DNA of 51,284 nt from Gemmatimonadota bacterium (GTDB lineage Bacteria; Gemmatimonadota; Gemmatimonadetes; Gemmatimonadales; Gemmatimonadaceae): contig JAZJZK010000019.1 of assembly GCA_040389905.1 (NCBI GenBank), positions 1 to 51,284 on the forward strand. Reading direction: 5' to 3'. Each line of letters opens with the position of its first letter. The stretch's first letter is position 1. A model generated the notes under the pieces. That model had not been told where the DNA came from and did no database searches. It worked only from the letters and a program-made list of their open reading frames with translations. A program made the position numbers and the translations under genes. Below are positions 1 to 9,639 of this stretch, in pieces.

Positions 1-109
1 CAGAGGACACAGAGGACACAGAGGACACAGAGGACACAGAGGACACAGAGGACACGGAGAACTGCATGAAAGCTCTGCAGTCCTCCGTGTCCTCTGTGTC
101 CTCTGTGGT
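1..109. repeat. Family B palindromic repeat (CAGAGGACA type), truncated by window start
   Basis: Six perfect tandem CAGAGGACA 9-mers (1-54), then inverted copies CTCCGTGTCCTCTGTGTCCTCTGTG (83-107). Confidence 0.9.
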
Positions 110-133
110 AAAAGCTCTTACAAAGAAACGTTC

Positions 134-1330
134 CTAGGGCTTCTCGTAGCGCTTTAAGGCTTTGGGGCCCACCTCAGCACCATACACATTCCCCTTCGCA
201 TCGACGGCTACACCCTCCGCCGCACTCGTGCTCGGCGGATTGACCGCCGGATCGGGAATGAACGCCGTAATAGAACCATCCTTTGCGCTCCCAATCCGAA
301 TGCCGCGCTTCCAGTCCTTGTGCGCCGGATTCACGGAGCCGGACTCGGAATCGGCCACGTAGATGTTGTCCTTCGCGTCGATGAAGATTCCACTCGGCCG
401 GCTGAACTGATACCACGTGTCCAGACGCTTCCCATCCTGATCGGTGATCACGATGCGGTCGTTGCCCCGGTCGCCAATGAACAGGCGCCCGCGCGAGTCC
501 ATTGCCAACGCGTGTGGCTGATTGAAGTCATCGGGACCGCTGCCGAGCTTGCCCCACGATTTGATCAGCGTGCCGTCGCTCTTGAACTTGAAAAGCCGCG
601 CCGTCGACCCCGCAGCCGATGAGTGACCCTCGGCGACAAAGATGTCGCCGTTCGGTGCGACGAGCACCGCGTTCGGCTGCCAGAAGAAACCCGGTTCACG
701 TCCCCCGCCGGCCGCGCCGAGGGTCATCAGCAGCTTACCGTCCGCACTGAACTTGTATATCTGGTGGCCTGCCTTTGGCCCCGTGGAATCCGGCATCGCG
801 ACACCAGCGGGCGGACGTGTGCACGAACAGTCCGTAACCCACACGTTGCCGTCACGATCGACGGTGAGTCCATGCGGCGCTTGAATCAGCCCTGATCCGA
901 ACGACGTGACCAGCTTGCCCGTCTCGTCAAACTTGAGCACCGAGGGCACCGATGAGCCGATACAGCTGTTGACGCCACACCGCTCGGCGACCCAGATGCT
1001 CTTACCATCCCGGTCGATTCCAACCCCACTCGTCGAGCCCCATGTTCTCGGCGCAGGGAGTTTTGCCCACCCCTCCACCGTCCGATAGGGATTGGGCGCG
1101 TCGTTGGTTGGCGTCTGGGCGTTGCCGACAACTCCAATCAGCAGCAGCGCCGCGCCGCTCAGCGTCCGTCGCAGAAGCTTGTCACCCCGAGCGAGCGCAG
1201 CAGCCTGCCCTCGAGGAGCGCAAGCGACGAAGGGACGGGTCTGTACCACGCAACCAGTCGAAAAGTGCAGATCCCTCGACTTCGCTCGGGATGACATCCC
1301 CGAGACCAGTCCTAGACGTTGATACCGCAC
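134..1330 (-). CDS. Secreted NHL-repeat beta-propeller (peptidyl-alpha-hydroxyglycine alpha-amidating lyase-like)
   Basis: Repeated NHL motifs (APHGLTVDRDGNVWVTD, FNQPHALAMDSRGRLFIGDRGN); signal-like LSGAALLLIGVVGNAQ; AGGAGG SD upstream of GTG 1330. Confidence 0.85.
   Translation of the reverse strand: MRYQRLGLVSGMSSRAKSRDLHFSTGCVVQTRPFVACAPRGQAAALARGDKLLRRTLSGAALLLIGVVGNAQTPTNDAPNPYRTVEGWAKLPAPRTWGSTSGVGIDRDGKSIWVAERCGVNSCIGSSVPSVLKFDETGKLVTSFGSGLIQAPHGLTVDRDGNVWVTDCSCTRPPAGVAMPDSTGPKAGHQIYKFSADGKLLMTLGAAGGGREPGFFWQPNAVLVAPNGDIFVAEGHSSAAGSTARLFKFKSDGTLIKSWGKLGSGPDDFNQPHALAMDSRGRLFIGDRGNDRIVITDQDGKRLDTWYQFSRPSGIFIDAKDNIYVADSESGSVNPAHKDWKRGIRIGSAKDGSITAFIPDPAVNPPSTSAAEGVAVDAKGNVYGAEVGPKALKRYEKP
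1180..1296. repeat. Family A REP/MITE-like element, full 117-bp copy, inside the NHL gene
   Basis: Terminal inverted repeats TGTCACCCCGAGCGA...TCGCTCGGGATGACA; closely similar, same-length copy at 21200-21316. Confidence 0.9.
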
Positions 1331-1343
1331 GAACCCTCCTCTG

Positions 1344-2327
1344 TTATCGCGAATTTGACAGCAGTTGATCCATCACCCACGACGTCCGCGCTGCGCTCTC
1401 ACCGGTACCAGGACACTCCCCCACGCCATTCAACTCGTTGACGATCGTCTGGATGAAGTCCTGCTGAATGTGCATCGGTGCGTGAAACGCCAACTGCCTC
1501 GTGCCGGTGTCTGTCGTGACCACGACCGGAGTGTAGTCAAAGGTCGAATAGGTCACCTTCCCTTTGGTGCCAACGATATCGGTGCGATCGAACTTGTCGA
1601 ACGCAGAGAAACACCATGTGCCGGTGCCCTGCACACCGGACTCGAAGACAAACGAACCGCTGACGATGTCCTCGGCAGGATACTGGCGCGCCTGATTTCC
1701 CGCGAAGCCGCATGCCTCGCGGATCGGGCCAAGCGTATAGTCCAGAAAATCGAGCATGTGCGACGCGAGATCGACGAAGCGTCCACCTCCCGCAATTTCC
1801 GGCACGACCCGCCATGGGAGCGTCGCAGCATTTGCTTCGTCCGCGGCGAGCGGTTGATGCAGCATGACATTGACGTAGCGGATATCGCCAATCGTTCCAT
1901 CCCGCACGAGCTTCCGGATCGCCACGAAGCGCTCGAGCGCGCGGCGGTAGTAGGCGACGAAGAGTGGCACCCCCACGTCGCGACACCCATCGATCATCGC
2001 TCGGCACTGGGCGAATGACATCGCCATTGGCTTCTCGACGTACACGGGCTTCCCCGCTGCCGCTGCGCGCAACACGTACTCCTGGTGCGACGATGGCGGC
2101 GTCGCCACATAGATGGCGTCTACCCCATCATCGTCGATCAGTGCCTGCGCGTCCGAATACCATCGAGGCACACCGTGACGCTCGGCGTAGTCACGAGCGA
2201 GGTCACCGTTGCGGCGCATGACCGCCGCCAGGGCGGAATGGTCGGCCTTCTGAAGGGCCGGCCCACTCTTCACCTCGGTGACGTCGCCGCAGCCAATGAT
2301 TCCCCAGCGAATCGTCCGCATAGCCAT
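1344..2327 (-). CDS. Gfo/Idh/MocA family NAD(P)-dependent oxidoreductase
   Basis: WGIIGCG Rossmann motif, VYVEKP motif, GGGRFVDLASH. Confidence 0.9.
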   Translation of the reverse strand: MAMRTIRWGIIGCGDVTEVKSGPALQKADHSALAAVMRRNGDLARDYAERHGVPRWYSDAQALIDDDGVDAIYVATPPSSHQEYVLRAAAAGKPVYVEKPMAMSFAQCRAMIDGCRDVGVPLFVAYYRRALERFVAIRKLVRDGTIGDIRYVNVMLHQPLAADEANAATLPWRVVPEIAGGGRFVDLASHMLDFLDYTLGPIREACGFAGNQARQYPAEDIVSGSFVFESGVQGTGTWCFSAFDKFDRTDIVGTKGKVTYSTFDYTPVVVTTDTGTRQLAFHAPMHIQQDFIQTIVNELNGVGECPGTGESAARTSWVMDQLLSNSR

Positions 2328-2836
2328 CAGGCCGGCACGATGTCAGCGGGCGTCTCCAACGCGACATCCGCGTAGGCGATGCCCAGGTACGTTGCGATCG
2401 CCTCGACGACCAACTCGTGATCGATACGCTCAGGGAGTCCCGATACGGCGATCGTCCCGATCATGCCCGTGCCGCGAATGACGATGGGAAAGCAACCGCC
2501 GGCGACGGCGTAGTCCCGAACGGGAAGTCCCTGTCGCTCCATGAGCGTGATGTTCTGCGCGCGGAGCCAGAGCGCGTACCCGAACGAGCTCCGGCGGAAT
2601 CGCGACGCAACGTTCTTCTTGCGCCTGATCCAGTCGATGTTGTCGAGGCCAGTGCCGGGCATCGCCGAGAAGAACATCGGGAGCCCGTTGATCTCGATGT
2701 CGATGGCCACGGCTTGACGACGTGATTCCGCAAGCGCGCGAATCTCCGAGCCGATTGTCCACGCCATCTGTTGGTCGAAGCGCTCGAACTGCAGGCGTTC
2801 TTCCTGCGCGAGGATTCGCGCGATGTCATTCGTCAT
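2327..2836 (-). CDS. Heme-degrading domain protein (UPF0303 / GlcG-HbpS-like)
   Basis: DNIDWIRRKKN, YAVAGGCFPI, AVSGLPERIDHELVV motifs; 1-nt overlap with downstream gene. Confidence 0.8.
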   Translation of the reverse strand: MTNDIARILAQEERLQFERFDQQMAWTIGSEIRALAESRRQAVAIDIEINGLPMFFSAMPGTGLDNIDWIRRKKNVASRFRRSSFGYALWLRAQNITLMERQGLPVRDYAVAGGCFPIVIRGTGMIGTIAVSGLPERIDHELVVEAIATYLGIAYADVALETPADIVPA

Positions 2837-2936
2837 CGGCTCGGTGTCTCGAGGTTCTCTTCACGCGCCAAAGTTGCGCGGCGCAGCGGGCGCCCGCCAG
2901 CACGGAAAGGGCGGACGTATAGGCCCCTCGTTCACA

Positions 2937-2968
2937 CCCTTCGTCGCTTGCGCTCCTCGAGGGCAGGC
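2937..2968. repeat. Family A internal fragment (inverted)
   Basis: Exact reverse complement of 1203-1234 (GCCTGCCCTCGAGGAGCGCAAGCGACGAAGGG), in the divergent promoter region. Confidence 0.85.
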
Positions 2969-2991
2969 AGGCGACAAGACACAGCATTCTC

Positions 2992-3026
2992 TTGACAACC
3001 CAAAGTGATATAGTGTTATATATCAC
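2992..3026 (+). promoter_or_regulatory. Promoter with palindromic operator for the GntR/YtrA regulator
   Basis: TTGACA at 2992-2997; perfect inverted repeat GTGATATA-N6-TATATCAC at 3005-3026, 5 nt before the ATG. Confidence 0.7.
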
Positions 3027-3031
3027 CACAT

Positions 3032-3445
3032 ATGCAACTCAGCGTGAATCCCGCCGACGATCTTCCGATCTACCGCCAGATCATGCGGCAGATCATGGAT
3101 GCCATCGCGGGCGGGCGGTTGCAGGTTGGAGACCGGCTCGCGTCGCACCGCGACCTGAGCGAGCAGCTGGTCATCGCTCCGCTCACGGTGAAGAAGGCGT
3201 ACGACGAGCTCGAAGCCCTCGGCTTCATCGAGTCGCAGCGCGGCCGCGGCACGTTCGTGTGTGCGCGGCTGCCACGCATCACGCACGCCGCCCAGATGGA
3301 GCAGGTTGAAAACGCTGCGCGCGAGTTGCTCAGCACTGCGTACCTCGCCGGGCTGCAGCTCCCCGACGTTCTCCGCATTCTCAAGGATGCGGATCGCGAC
3401 ATCACCGACGGCCCGCCCCGTCGCCAACGCAAGGAACGAGGATAG
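3032..3445 (+). CDS. GntR family regulator, YtrA subfamily
   Basis: PIYRQI...GDRLASHRDLSEQLVIAPLTVKKAYDELEALGFIESQRGRGTFV winged HTH; short C-terminus; heads an ABC operon. Confidence 0.9.
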   Translation: MQLSVNPADDLPIYRQIMRQIMDAIAGGRLQVGDRLASHRDLSEQLVIAPLTVKKAYDELEALGFIESQRGRGTFVCARLPRITHAAQMEQVENAARELLSTAYLAGLQLPDVLRILKDADRDITDGPPRRQRKERG

Positions 3446-3446
3446 G

Positions 3447-4355
3447 ATGACGGACATTCTCGCATTCAACGACATCGCTCGCTCATTCACAGTGGGCAAG
3501 CCGGTGCTCGACGGGGTCACCTTCTCGATGCGCCGCGAAGACATCGTCGGCCTCCTGGGGCGCAATGGTGCCGGCAAGACGACGCTCATTCACATCGCAA
3601 TGGGAATGCTGTATCCGCACCGCGGGTCGGTGCGCGTCTTCGGCATCGATCCCCTCAAGGACCCCGTCGCGGTGAAGAAGCGCATTGGCTATGTCGCCGA
3701 GGACCAGGTGCTCCCTCCGCGAAGTGGCATTGGGGAGATCCTCACCTTTCATCGGCATCTCTTCCCCGCGTGGGACGAGCGTCTCGAGCGTGAACTACTC
3801 GAGCGCTTCGGACTCGCCGGCAACACGTCGAGAATTGGGCAACTGAGCAAGGGACAGGCACGGCAGGTGGCACTGATGTGCGCGGTGTGTCACCGCCCCG
3901 ACCTCCTGATTCTCGACGAGCCGGCCGGCGGCCTCGACCCCGCTGCGCGACGTCAGTTCCTCGAGACATCCATTCAGCTGCTCAATCGCGAGGGTACGGC
4001 AATTCTCTTCTCCTCGCACCACATGAACGACGTCGAGCGCCTCGGTGGGCGCGTGGTCTTGCTCGACGGCGGCAAAGTTCGCATCGATCGAACAGTGGAC
4101 GCGCTCCGCGAAGAGCACTGTGTTGCGATGATTCCACAGCACGTCGCCGAGCTCGCGACAATCGAACGCCTTCCTGGCTGTCTGCGGGTGCGTGGCGTCC
4201 TCAAGGAATGGCATGCCGTGTTTCAGGCGGCACCATCGGAGGCGCAGAGTACCCTACATCACGCTGGCATCACAGCCGCGCGCTGCGTGAGTGTGCCGCT
4301 CGAAGAGTTGTTCATTGAATTGCTGGGAGGAGAACGGCTTTCGGAGGCATCATGA
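3447..4355 (+). CDS. ABC transporter ATP-binding protein (YtrB/CcmA-like)
   Basis: Walker A GRNGAGKT, signature LSKGQ, Walker B LLILDE, SSH switch. Start moved to ATG 3447 directly after the GntR stop. Confidence 0.9.
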   Translation: MTDILAFNDIARSFTVGKPVLDGVTFSMRREDIVGLLGRNGAGKTTLIHIAMGMLYPHRGSVRVFGIDPLKDPVAVKKRIGYVAEDQVLPPRSGIGEILTFHRHLFPAWDERLERELLERFGLAGNTSRIGQLSKGQARQVALMCAVCHRPDLLILDEPAGGLDPAARRQFLETSIQLLNREGTAILFSSHHMNDVERLGGRVVLLDGGKVRIDRTVDALREEHCVAMIPQHVAELATIERLPGCLRVRGVLKEWHAVFQAAPSEAQSTLHHAGITAARCVSVPLEELFIELLGGERLSEAS

Positions 4356-5947
4356 TCGCGCGACTCGTAAAGCGGCATTTGTTGTTTCCAACCGCGTTGC
4401 CGTTTTCCCTCATGGGGGCCGTGATCCTCGCCGCCGCGCCGCCGACGCTCGGCGTTCTGATCGCGCTTCCCTTTATCCTGCCAGTCGCGCCGATGCTGCT
4501 GCAGCGTCCAAGCGTGTTCGAGGCCGCACTCCCCATGCGAGGACGCGACATCTATGCGTCGCGCCTGATCGCGGCGCTGTTGCTCATCTGGTTCCCCGTG
4601 TTCGTTGCGATCGGGGCGGAACTCATCCGCGGCACTCGAGACGGTCCCTTCACCATGTGGCTGGGCATTGGAGGTGTCGCGACACTCGTTTGCATCATCC
4701 CGTATTCCATCAACTCGTCTCAGATCCGCCAGCCGCCCATCCCGCAACTGGCTGCCGCAGTCATCCTCCTTGCCGGCCTCCTCGCGCTCTCCGTGCGCTC
4801 TTTGCCGACCGAGACCACGGTCGTGATCGTGTTTCTCGCGATTGCTGCGCTCCTTTTCAAGACAATTCGGACGACGCAGGCATCGTATCAAACAGCGCCG
4901 ATCAGTGCGACGGCACCTGGTCGTCTCTCTGCCGTCGTAGTGAGCAAAGCGATCCGGCTCCGCGCTCCGGCCTGGTGGTGGTGGCCGGCGTTCCGGTCGG
5001 TGATTCGTCCAATGCTTGTGTTCAGCTTCGGCATGATGATCATGACGGGCGTCACTGGCAAGGTGGTGATCTACATCCTGTTGTTCGGCGCAACCGTTAT
5101 CGATGGGACGCGGCAGCGCACCAAGTGGCTCGCTGCGCTTCCAGTGTCATACCGGGCGCGATTGCTGATTCCATTGATACCTGTGTTGATCGCAATGCCA
5201 GGCGGGTTATTCATCGGCTATCACATCCCGTTTTCGCGTCGCTTTCTGCCGGACTACATCGAGCACGGGTCTCCATACCTGCCCGGAACACACAGTCAGT
5301 TCCCTTCGAATAAAACCAACATCGGGCTCGAATACTGGGAACGCTCGCAGAGAACCGCGATCCCGGTGATCACCGCTCCTTGGGGCGAGCGGTATCTCGC
5401 CGATACCGTCTCTGTCCTTGGCGTCGTCTTTTACAACCCGTACTCCACCGGGGCGGCAAGCAGCGCGCAATTCAGGGAATGGCAGTTTGGCCGCGCGACA
5501 ACGGCGATCTACGGCGCGCCGATGACGCTTGCGCAGTATGAGCGCGACCCCCTTCCGCTCCGTCATCGCATCACGAATTCGGCGCGCATGCAGATCCTCG
5601 ACGCAGCCGCGTTACTCATGCTGGTGCTTGGCATCGCGTACGTCTATGAGCTCACCTTGTGGGGTGGCTTCGCGAGGTGGCGTCGAGGGCTGGCCGTTGC
5701 TATGGCCTTGCGCTTCGTTCCTACGTTTGGGCTCATGTCGTTCGACATGTATCAGGAGTTTTTTCGAGGAACATTGATCGTCGCCCCGTTGACGCAGTGG
5801 CTCCTCCTGCGCCTCTCGCCATCGCTCCCGCACAACATCGTCGCCGTGGCGATCATCGCCATGCTACCAGTCGTGGCGTTGTACTTCCTGATCGAATGGC
5901 AGTTTGCGCGGTCCGAGTTATCTCGCGATATGAGGATGACGGTATGA
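4352..5947 (+). CDS. Multi-pass membrane protein, probable ABC permease 1
   Basis: Many hydrophobic segments; ATGA overlap with the ATPase; paralogous to the next gene. Confidence 0.75.
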   Translation: MIARLVKRHLLFPTALPFSLMGAVILAAAPPTLGVLIALPFILPVAPMLLQRPSVFEAALPMRGRDIYASRLIAALLLIWFPVFVAIGAELIRGTRDGPFTMWLGIGGVATLVCIIPYSINSSQIRQPPIPQLAAAVILLAGLLALSVRSLPTETTVVIVFLAIAALLFKTIRTTQASYQTAPISATAPGRLSAVVVSKAIRLRAPAWWWWPAFRSVIRPMLVFSFGMMIMTGVTGKVVIYILLFGATVIDGTRQRTKWLAALPVSYRARLLIPLIPVLIAMPGGLFIGYHIPFSRRFLPDYIEHGSPYLPGTHSQFPSNKTNIGLEYWERSQRTAIPVITAPWGERYLADTVSVLGVVFYNPYSTGAASSAQFREWQFGRATTAIYGAPMTLAQYERDPLPLRHRITNSARMQILDAAALLMLVLGIAYVYELTLWGGFARWRRGLAVAMALRFVPTFGLMSFDMYQEFFRGTLIVAPLTQWLLLRLSPSLPHNIVAVAIIAMLPVVALYFLIEWQFARSELSRDMRMTV

Positions 5948-7569
5948 CGATGCTCCGCCGGGAAGCCATCGTGATCCTGCACCTGGCGCGCAGCAACGGT
6001 ACCAACCGGATGGCGGTGGGGTTGTCGCTCTTCCTGACTGCCTCGTACGTGGCATGGCCCTCATCGTTCGGACTCTTGATGGGATTGGGGCTGGCCATAC
6101 CTCTGCTGCGCTTCGTCTATCAGCGACCGTCGCTCTTCGAAGCCGCGCTGCCCGTCACGGGACGGCACGTCTACCTGTCGCGCATCTCATCGGCGGCGGC
6201 GCTCCTGGGCAGCCCCGCAGTGGTCGCCCTCGTCGCGTCGCTTCTTCGCGGCGGTTCAGACATCCGACTGTCGCTGTGGTTTCAGGTCGTCGTTTCCACC
6301 ATCCTGCTGATCCTGCTTCCCTATGCCGTTCGCCCGTCGGAAATAAGCGAGCCGCCAGCGCCGATCCTGATCGGCGCACTTGGAACTGCAGCGGCTGGCT
6401 CCGCGCTCGCGATCTATTTTCTGACACCGACCGCGTCTGTCGTCGCGCTCGGCCTTTCAGCAATTGCCCTCTTCACGTGGACGTGGCACGCAATTCCTGC
6501 TTCCCCTCAGGTCGCACCGCGTACGCGACTCGCCACGATCGTTCCCAGGAAGGGCGACTCGGAGCGCAGATGGTTTACGTCGACGGTCGTACCGGAGTCC
6601 ATGCCACTGTTCCGATCGGCTGTATCGCGGACGGCAGTTATGTATTTCGCCTTGATGACGATGATGGGCTTTGCCAGCATGCCGTTGATCTACGTCCTGA
6701 TCTTCTTTGGCCCTCTTCTCGACGGCAACCGAGCGCGAATACGCTGGATGTCCGCGCTCCCCATCTCGCCGCGCAAGCTGTTGCTCACGATCTTGCTTCC
6801 CGCGGTCGTCGCGGTGCCGGGCGGCTTGTTTGTGGGAAGTCACATCCAATGGAATCGATTCACGGTCGGTGAACGCCTGACACGGAACGCACCTGACGTC
6901 TACGTCCCAGGCGTCTTTTTCAACAACCGAACGAACGTGGCGCTTCAGTTCTGGCAACGCGCCGCCGATCGCGCCCAACCGAACATCACGGCTCCGTGGG
7001 GTGAGACAAGGGCAGCTGACACCCTCAGCATCTTCGGTTCGACGTACTACAATCCATTCACGATCGGCGAGAAAAGCAGCGAGGCATTCGTCGAATGGCA
7101 GTTCGGCCGCGCAACCACCGCCGTGTATGGCCGGCCCTACACGATCGCCGAATATGAAGCCAATCGCCGCGCTCGGCGCGTGCGCGTCACCGACAGCGCT
7201 CGCATGCAAGTGCTGAGTGGTGCAGCGCTTCTCGTGCTCGTGCTTGGAATTGCACTGTTCGGCGAGCTTGCTCAGCAGCCTCGAATCTCACGCATGCGTC
7301 GCGGCGGTCTGATTGCCGCCGCGATCAAGCTCGCGCCCACGGCCGTACTGGCGAGCGTCGACCTCTACTATGACTTTCGCCATGGAACCGGCGTCCTTGC
7401 GCCTCTCGCACAGGCGCTTCTCCTCAAGGCGTCGGTGGCACTCGGCAGCATCGCGATGGTGCTCCTCGTCGCTACACTTTCAGTTGTCGCGCTGTACTTG
7501 CTCGTGGAGTGGCAGTTCCGCCGATCGGACGCGGCCGGGTCTCTCCGAGTGGTCCGAGCGCGCCACTAG
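5944..7569 (+). CDS. Multi-pass membrane protein, probable ABC permease 2
   Basis: Start moved to ATG 5944 (ATGA overlap); shares QRPSxFEAALP, ITAPWGE, EWQFGRATTAxYG and SARMQ with permease 1. Confidence 0.75.
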   Translation: MTMLRREAIVILHLARSNGTNRMAVGLSLFLTASYVAWPSSFGLLMGLGLAIPLLRFVYQRPSLFEAALPVTGRHVYLSRISSAAALLGSPAVVALVASLLRGGSDIRLSLWFQVVVSTILLILLPYAVRPSEISEPPAPILIGALGTAAAGSALAIYFLTPTASVVALGLSAIALFTWTWHAIPASPQVAPRTRLATIVPRKGDSERRWFTSTVVPESMPLFRSAVSRTAVMYFALMTMMGFASMPLIYVLIFFGPLLDGNRARIRWMSALPISPRKLLLTILLPAVVAVPGGLFVGSHIQWNRFTVGERLTRNAPDVYVPGVFFNNRTNVALQFWQRAADRAQPNITAPWGETRAADTLSIFGSTYYNPFTIGEKSSEAFVEWQFGRATTAVYGRPYTIAEYEANRRARRVRVTDSARMQVLSGAALLVLVLGIALFGELAQQPRISRMRRGGLIAAAIKLAPTAVLASVDLYYDFRHGTGVLAPLAQALLLKASVALGSIAMVLLVATLSVVALYLLVEWQFRRSDAAGSLRVVRARH

Positions 7570-7600
7570 CGCTCAATACTGTTCAGTTAGGAGCTCGCAG

Positions 7601-7811
7601 AAAAGCAAAAGCTTTACCGCAGAGGACGCAGAGAGGCCATGCGCACCATGAGCAACATCCGATGCGCCGGTCCGCAGAGGGTCGCAGAGGACTACGAGAG
7701 AGCCCCCCTCACACTCGTTCCGAACTCCTTTGCGCCACTCTGCGGTCCGGCGCACTAATGAGTGCACGGAGGGCAGAACCTCTGCGTCCTCTGCGGTAGG
7801 CTTTGCTTTTG
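7601..7811. repeat. Family B nested palindromic element between convergent genes
   Basis: Perfect 19-bp inverted repeat TACCGCAGAGGACGCAGAG (7615-7633 / 7780-7798) plus an inner imperfect IR (about 7662-7690 / 7726-7754). Confidence 0.85.
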
Positions 7812-7953
7812 CTGTTCGCCTGCCGACAAATCGAAAGCAACAGCGTGTCGGCAAGTTCTTACCTTGACTGAACGATATTGACGCTCGTGGAGCGTTTCGC
7901 AAACACGAATAGCAGCAGCAACACACGCTATCAGTAGTGAACAGCATTGTGCT

Positions 7954-9285
7954 TTAGAGCCGTGCGAGAATCTTCCTCGCCGCCGCCGCCCCCGTCTCGT
8001 ACGCGCCATGCACTGAACTGTGCGCGTAGAGCGACACCGCTTCGCCGGCGAAGTAGACCTGATCGTTGATCGGCGTCGCCAACTGCTTGCGAAACGGGAC
8101 GGCCCCCGGCGGCGCATACGACGTGCAGCCGCGAGCCCACTCGTCGTTCAGCCACGAATGGTGCGCCATCGCCACCACCATACTGCGATCCAGCGGCGTG
8201 TTGAAGATCGACGACATCGTCGCGAGCGCGAAGTCGATCACCGCATCCTCACCTTCACTCTCGAGACGCTCCGCAAGCTGGCCCACGGCGAGCATCATGG
8301 CGATGTTCTCGCCCCAGAGCCGCGCATTGATGAACGGGACTTCCACGCTCGTCGTGAGCGGCACGCACATGCTGTTGATGTTCGGGACGCCGAAGTTGAC
8401 GTCAGGCCCGAATTGAAAAAACACCTTGGACAGGGTCTCCATCTTCAAGCCGCTGAAGGCCGCCTCATACGCGGGATCGAGCCCCGGCGTGAACTTGATC
8501 GCACCTTGCGCGAGCACTCCGACCGACGACGTGATGATCGCGGTCTTTGCGCGGATCGGCGTATTGAACTTCGTCGTGACTTGTACACCCCACTTCTCTC
8601 CCCAACTGATCTCCTTTACCGGCGTCGACAGTTCGACGCACACGCCGTCGGCGAGATCCCTGATGAAGTTGCCCAGACCGCTCGGAATGAGGAATTCATC
8701 GCCAAGACCAGACCCCACAGGCAGCAGGGTCTTGTCATAGAAGTTGGCGAAGTCCAGCACCGAGAGCTCCTTCATGGCGGGAGCGAATGCGTTCACGACG
8801 CCCGATGCCATCGGGAAGTAGTCGAGGCCCTCGAATTCCGCGACCACGTCGGCACCTGAGCAATCTGGTAGGTTGCCCGCAGCGACCGATCCACCCGCGG
8901 CGTCGAGCATCGCGCCCATCGATGCCGCCAATCCGCTGAACTCCAACACCGCCGGATCATCGATCGCGAGTGCCCTGCCGTCCTTGTAGATGACGCGGGG
9001 AAAGGCGTCGTGGACGATCGTGTACCCCGCCTGTTGCGCGATGACCCGTAAGGGATTGGCCTGGCCCTGATGCAACCACTGTGCGCCGAGATCGACGGGG
9101 ACCGGGAAGGTAGTGTTGTCGCACGTCGCCCGCCCGCCGACGCGATTGCGGGCCTCGAGGACCAGCACATTCGCACCGTTGTTCATCAACGTCCGGGCGG
9201 CGCCCAACCCCGCGGCACCGGCACCGACAACAATTGCGTCAAGCTCTGCTGACATGGACGGAGTCCGACTCGGATGCTTCGGCAT
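7954..9285 (-). CDS. Flavin monoamine oxidase family FAD-dependent oxidoreductase
   Basis: GAGAAG, LEARNRVGGR, DLGAQW, YFAGEA, VHGAYETG; TAAGGAGGT SD places the start at ATG 9285. Confidence 0.88.
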   Translation of the reverse strand: MPKHPSRTPSMSAELDAIVVGAGAAGLGAARTLMNNGANVLVLEARNRVGGRATCDNTTFPVPVDLGAQWLHQGQANPLRVIAQQAGYTIVHDAFPRVIYKDGRALAIDDPAVLEFSGLAASMGAMLDAAGGSVAAGNLPDCSGADVVAEFEGLDYFPMASGVVNAFAPAMKELSVLDFANFYDKTLLPVGSGLGDEFLIPSGLGNFIRDLADGVCVELSTPVKEISWGEKWGVQVTTKFNTPIRAKTAIITSSVGVLAQGAIKFTPGLDPAYEAAFSGLKMETLSKVFFQFGPDVNFGVPNINSMCVPLTTSVEVPFINARLWGENIAMMLAVGQLAERLESEGEDAVIDFALATMSSIFNTPLDRSMVVAMAHHSWLNDEWARGCTSYAPPGAVPFRKQLATPINDQVYFAGEAVSLYAHSSVHGAYETGAAAARKILARL

Positions 9286-9458
9286 GGTGACCTCCTTACA
9301 GCGACGCGTACCCACGCTTCCCGGCTCCAGCGACGGAAACCGGCAGAAACTGCTACGCGCTATTTCGCTGATTCGTCGCGCGTGCGGTAACCAAAGGCCG
9401 CACTCTCGCGTGCGCCAAAGCTCGCTAAGGACTGCTCGGAATGCGAGAGTTCGACATA

Positions 9459-9516
9459 GTCATCCCGAGCAAAATCGAGGGATCCTGCACGCTTGTCCTG
9501 GGCGAAGGATCTGCAC
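9459..9516. repeat. Degenerate family A composite element
   Basis: GTCATCCCGAGCAAAATCGAGGGATCCTGCACGCTTGTCCTGGGCGAAGG resembles the reverse complement of 31201-31263. Confidence 0.75.
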
Positions 9517-9639
9517 TCATGAAAAAGTGCACACCCGCACACCCATCGACGGTGGCGTTATCGGGTGAGCACAACACGGGTAACATCAAACACCACAATA
9601 AGTTGTCATCCGCACGAGCGCAGCGAGTGTCCGGGGTCC

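Noticed and set aside
1..60. CRISPR or coding repeat
   Set aside because: Spacerless 9-bp tandem forming one arm of a family B palindrome.
7821..7853. Intrinsic terminator TGCCGACA/TGTCGGCA
   Set aside because: 17-nt loop and weak U-tract; not enough support to call.
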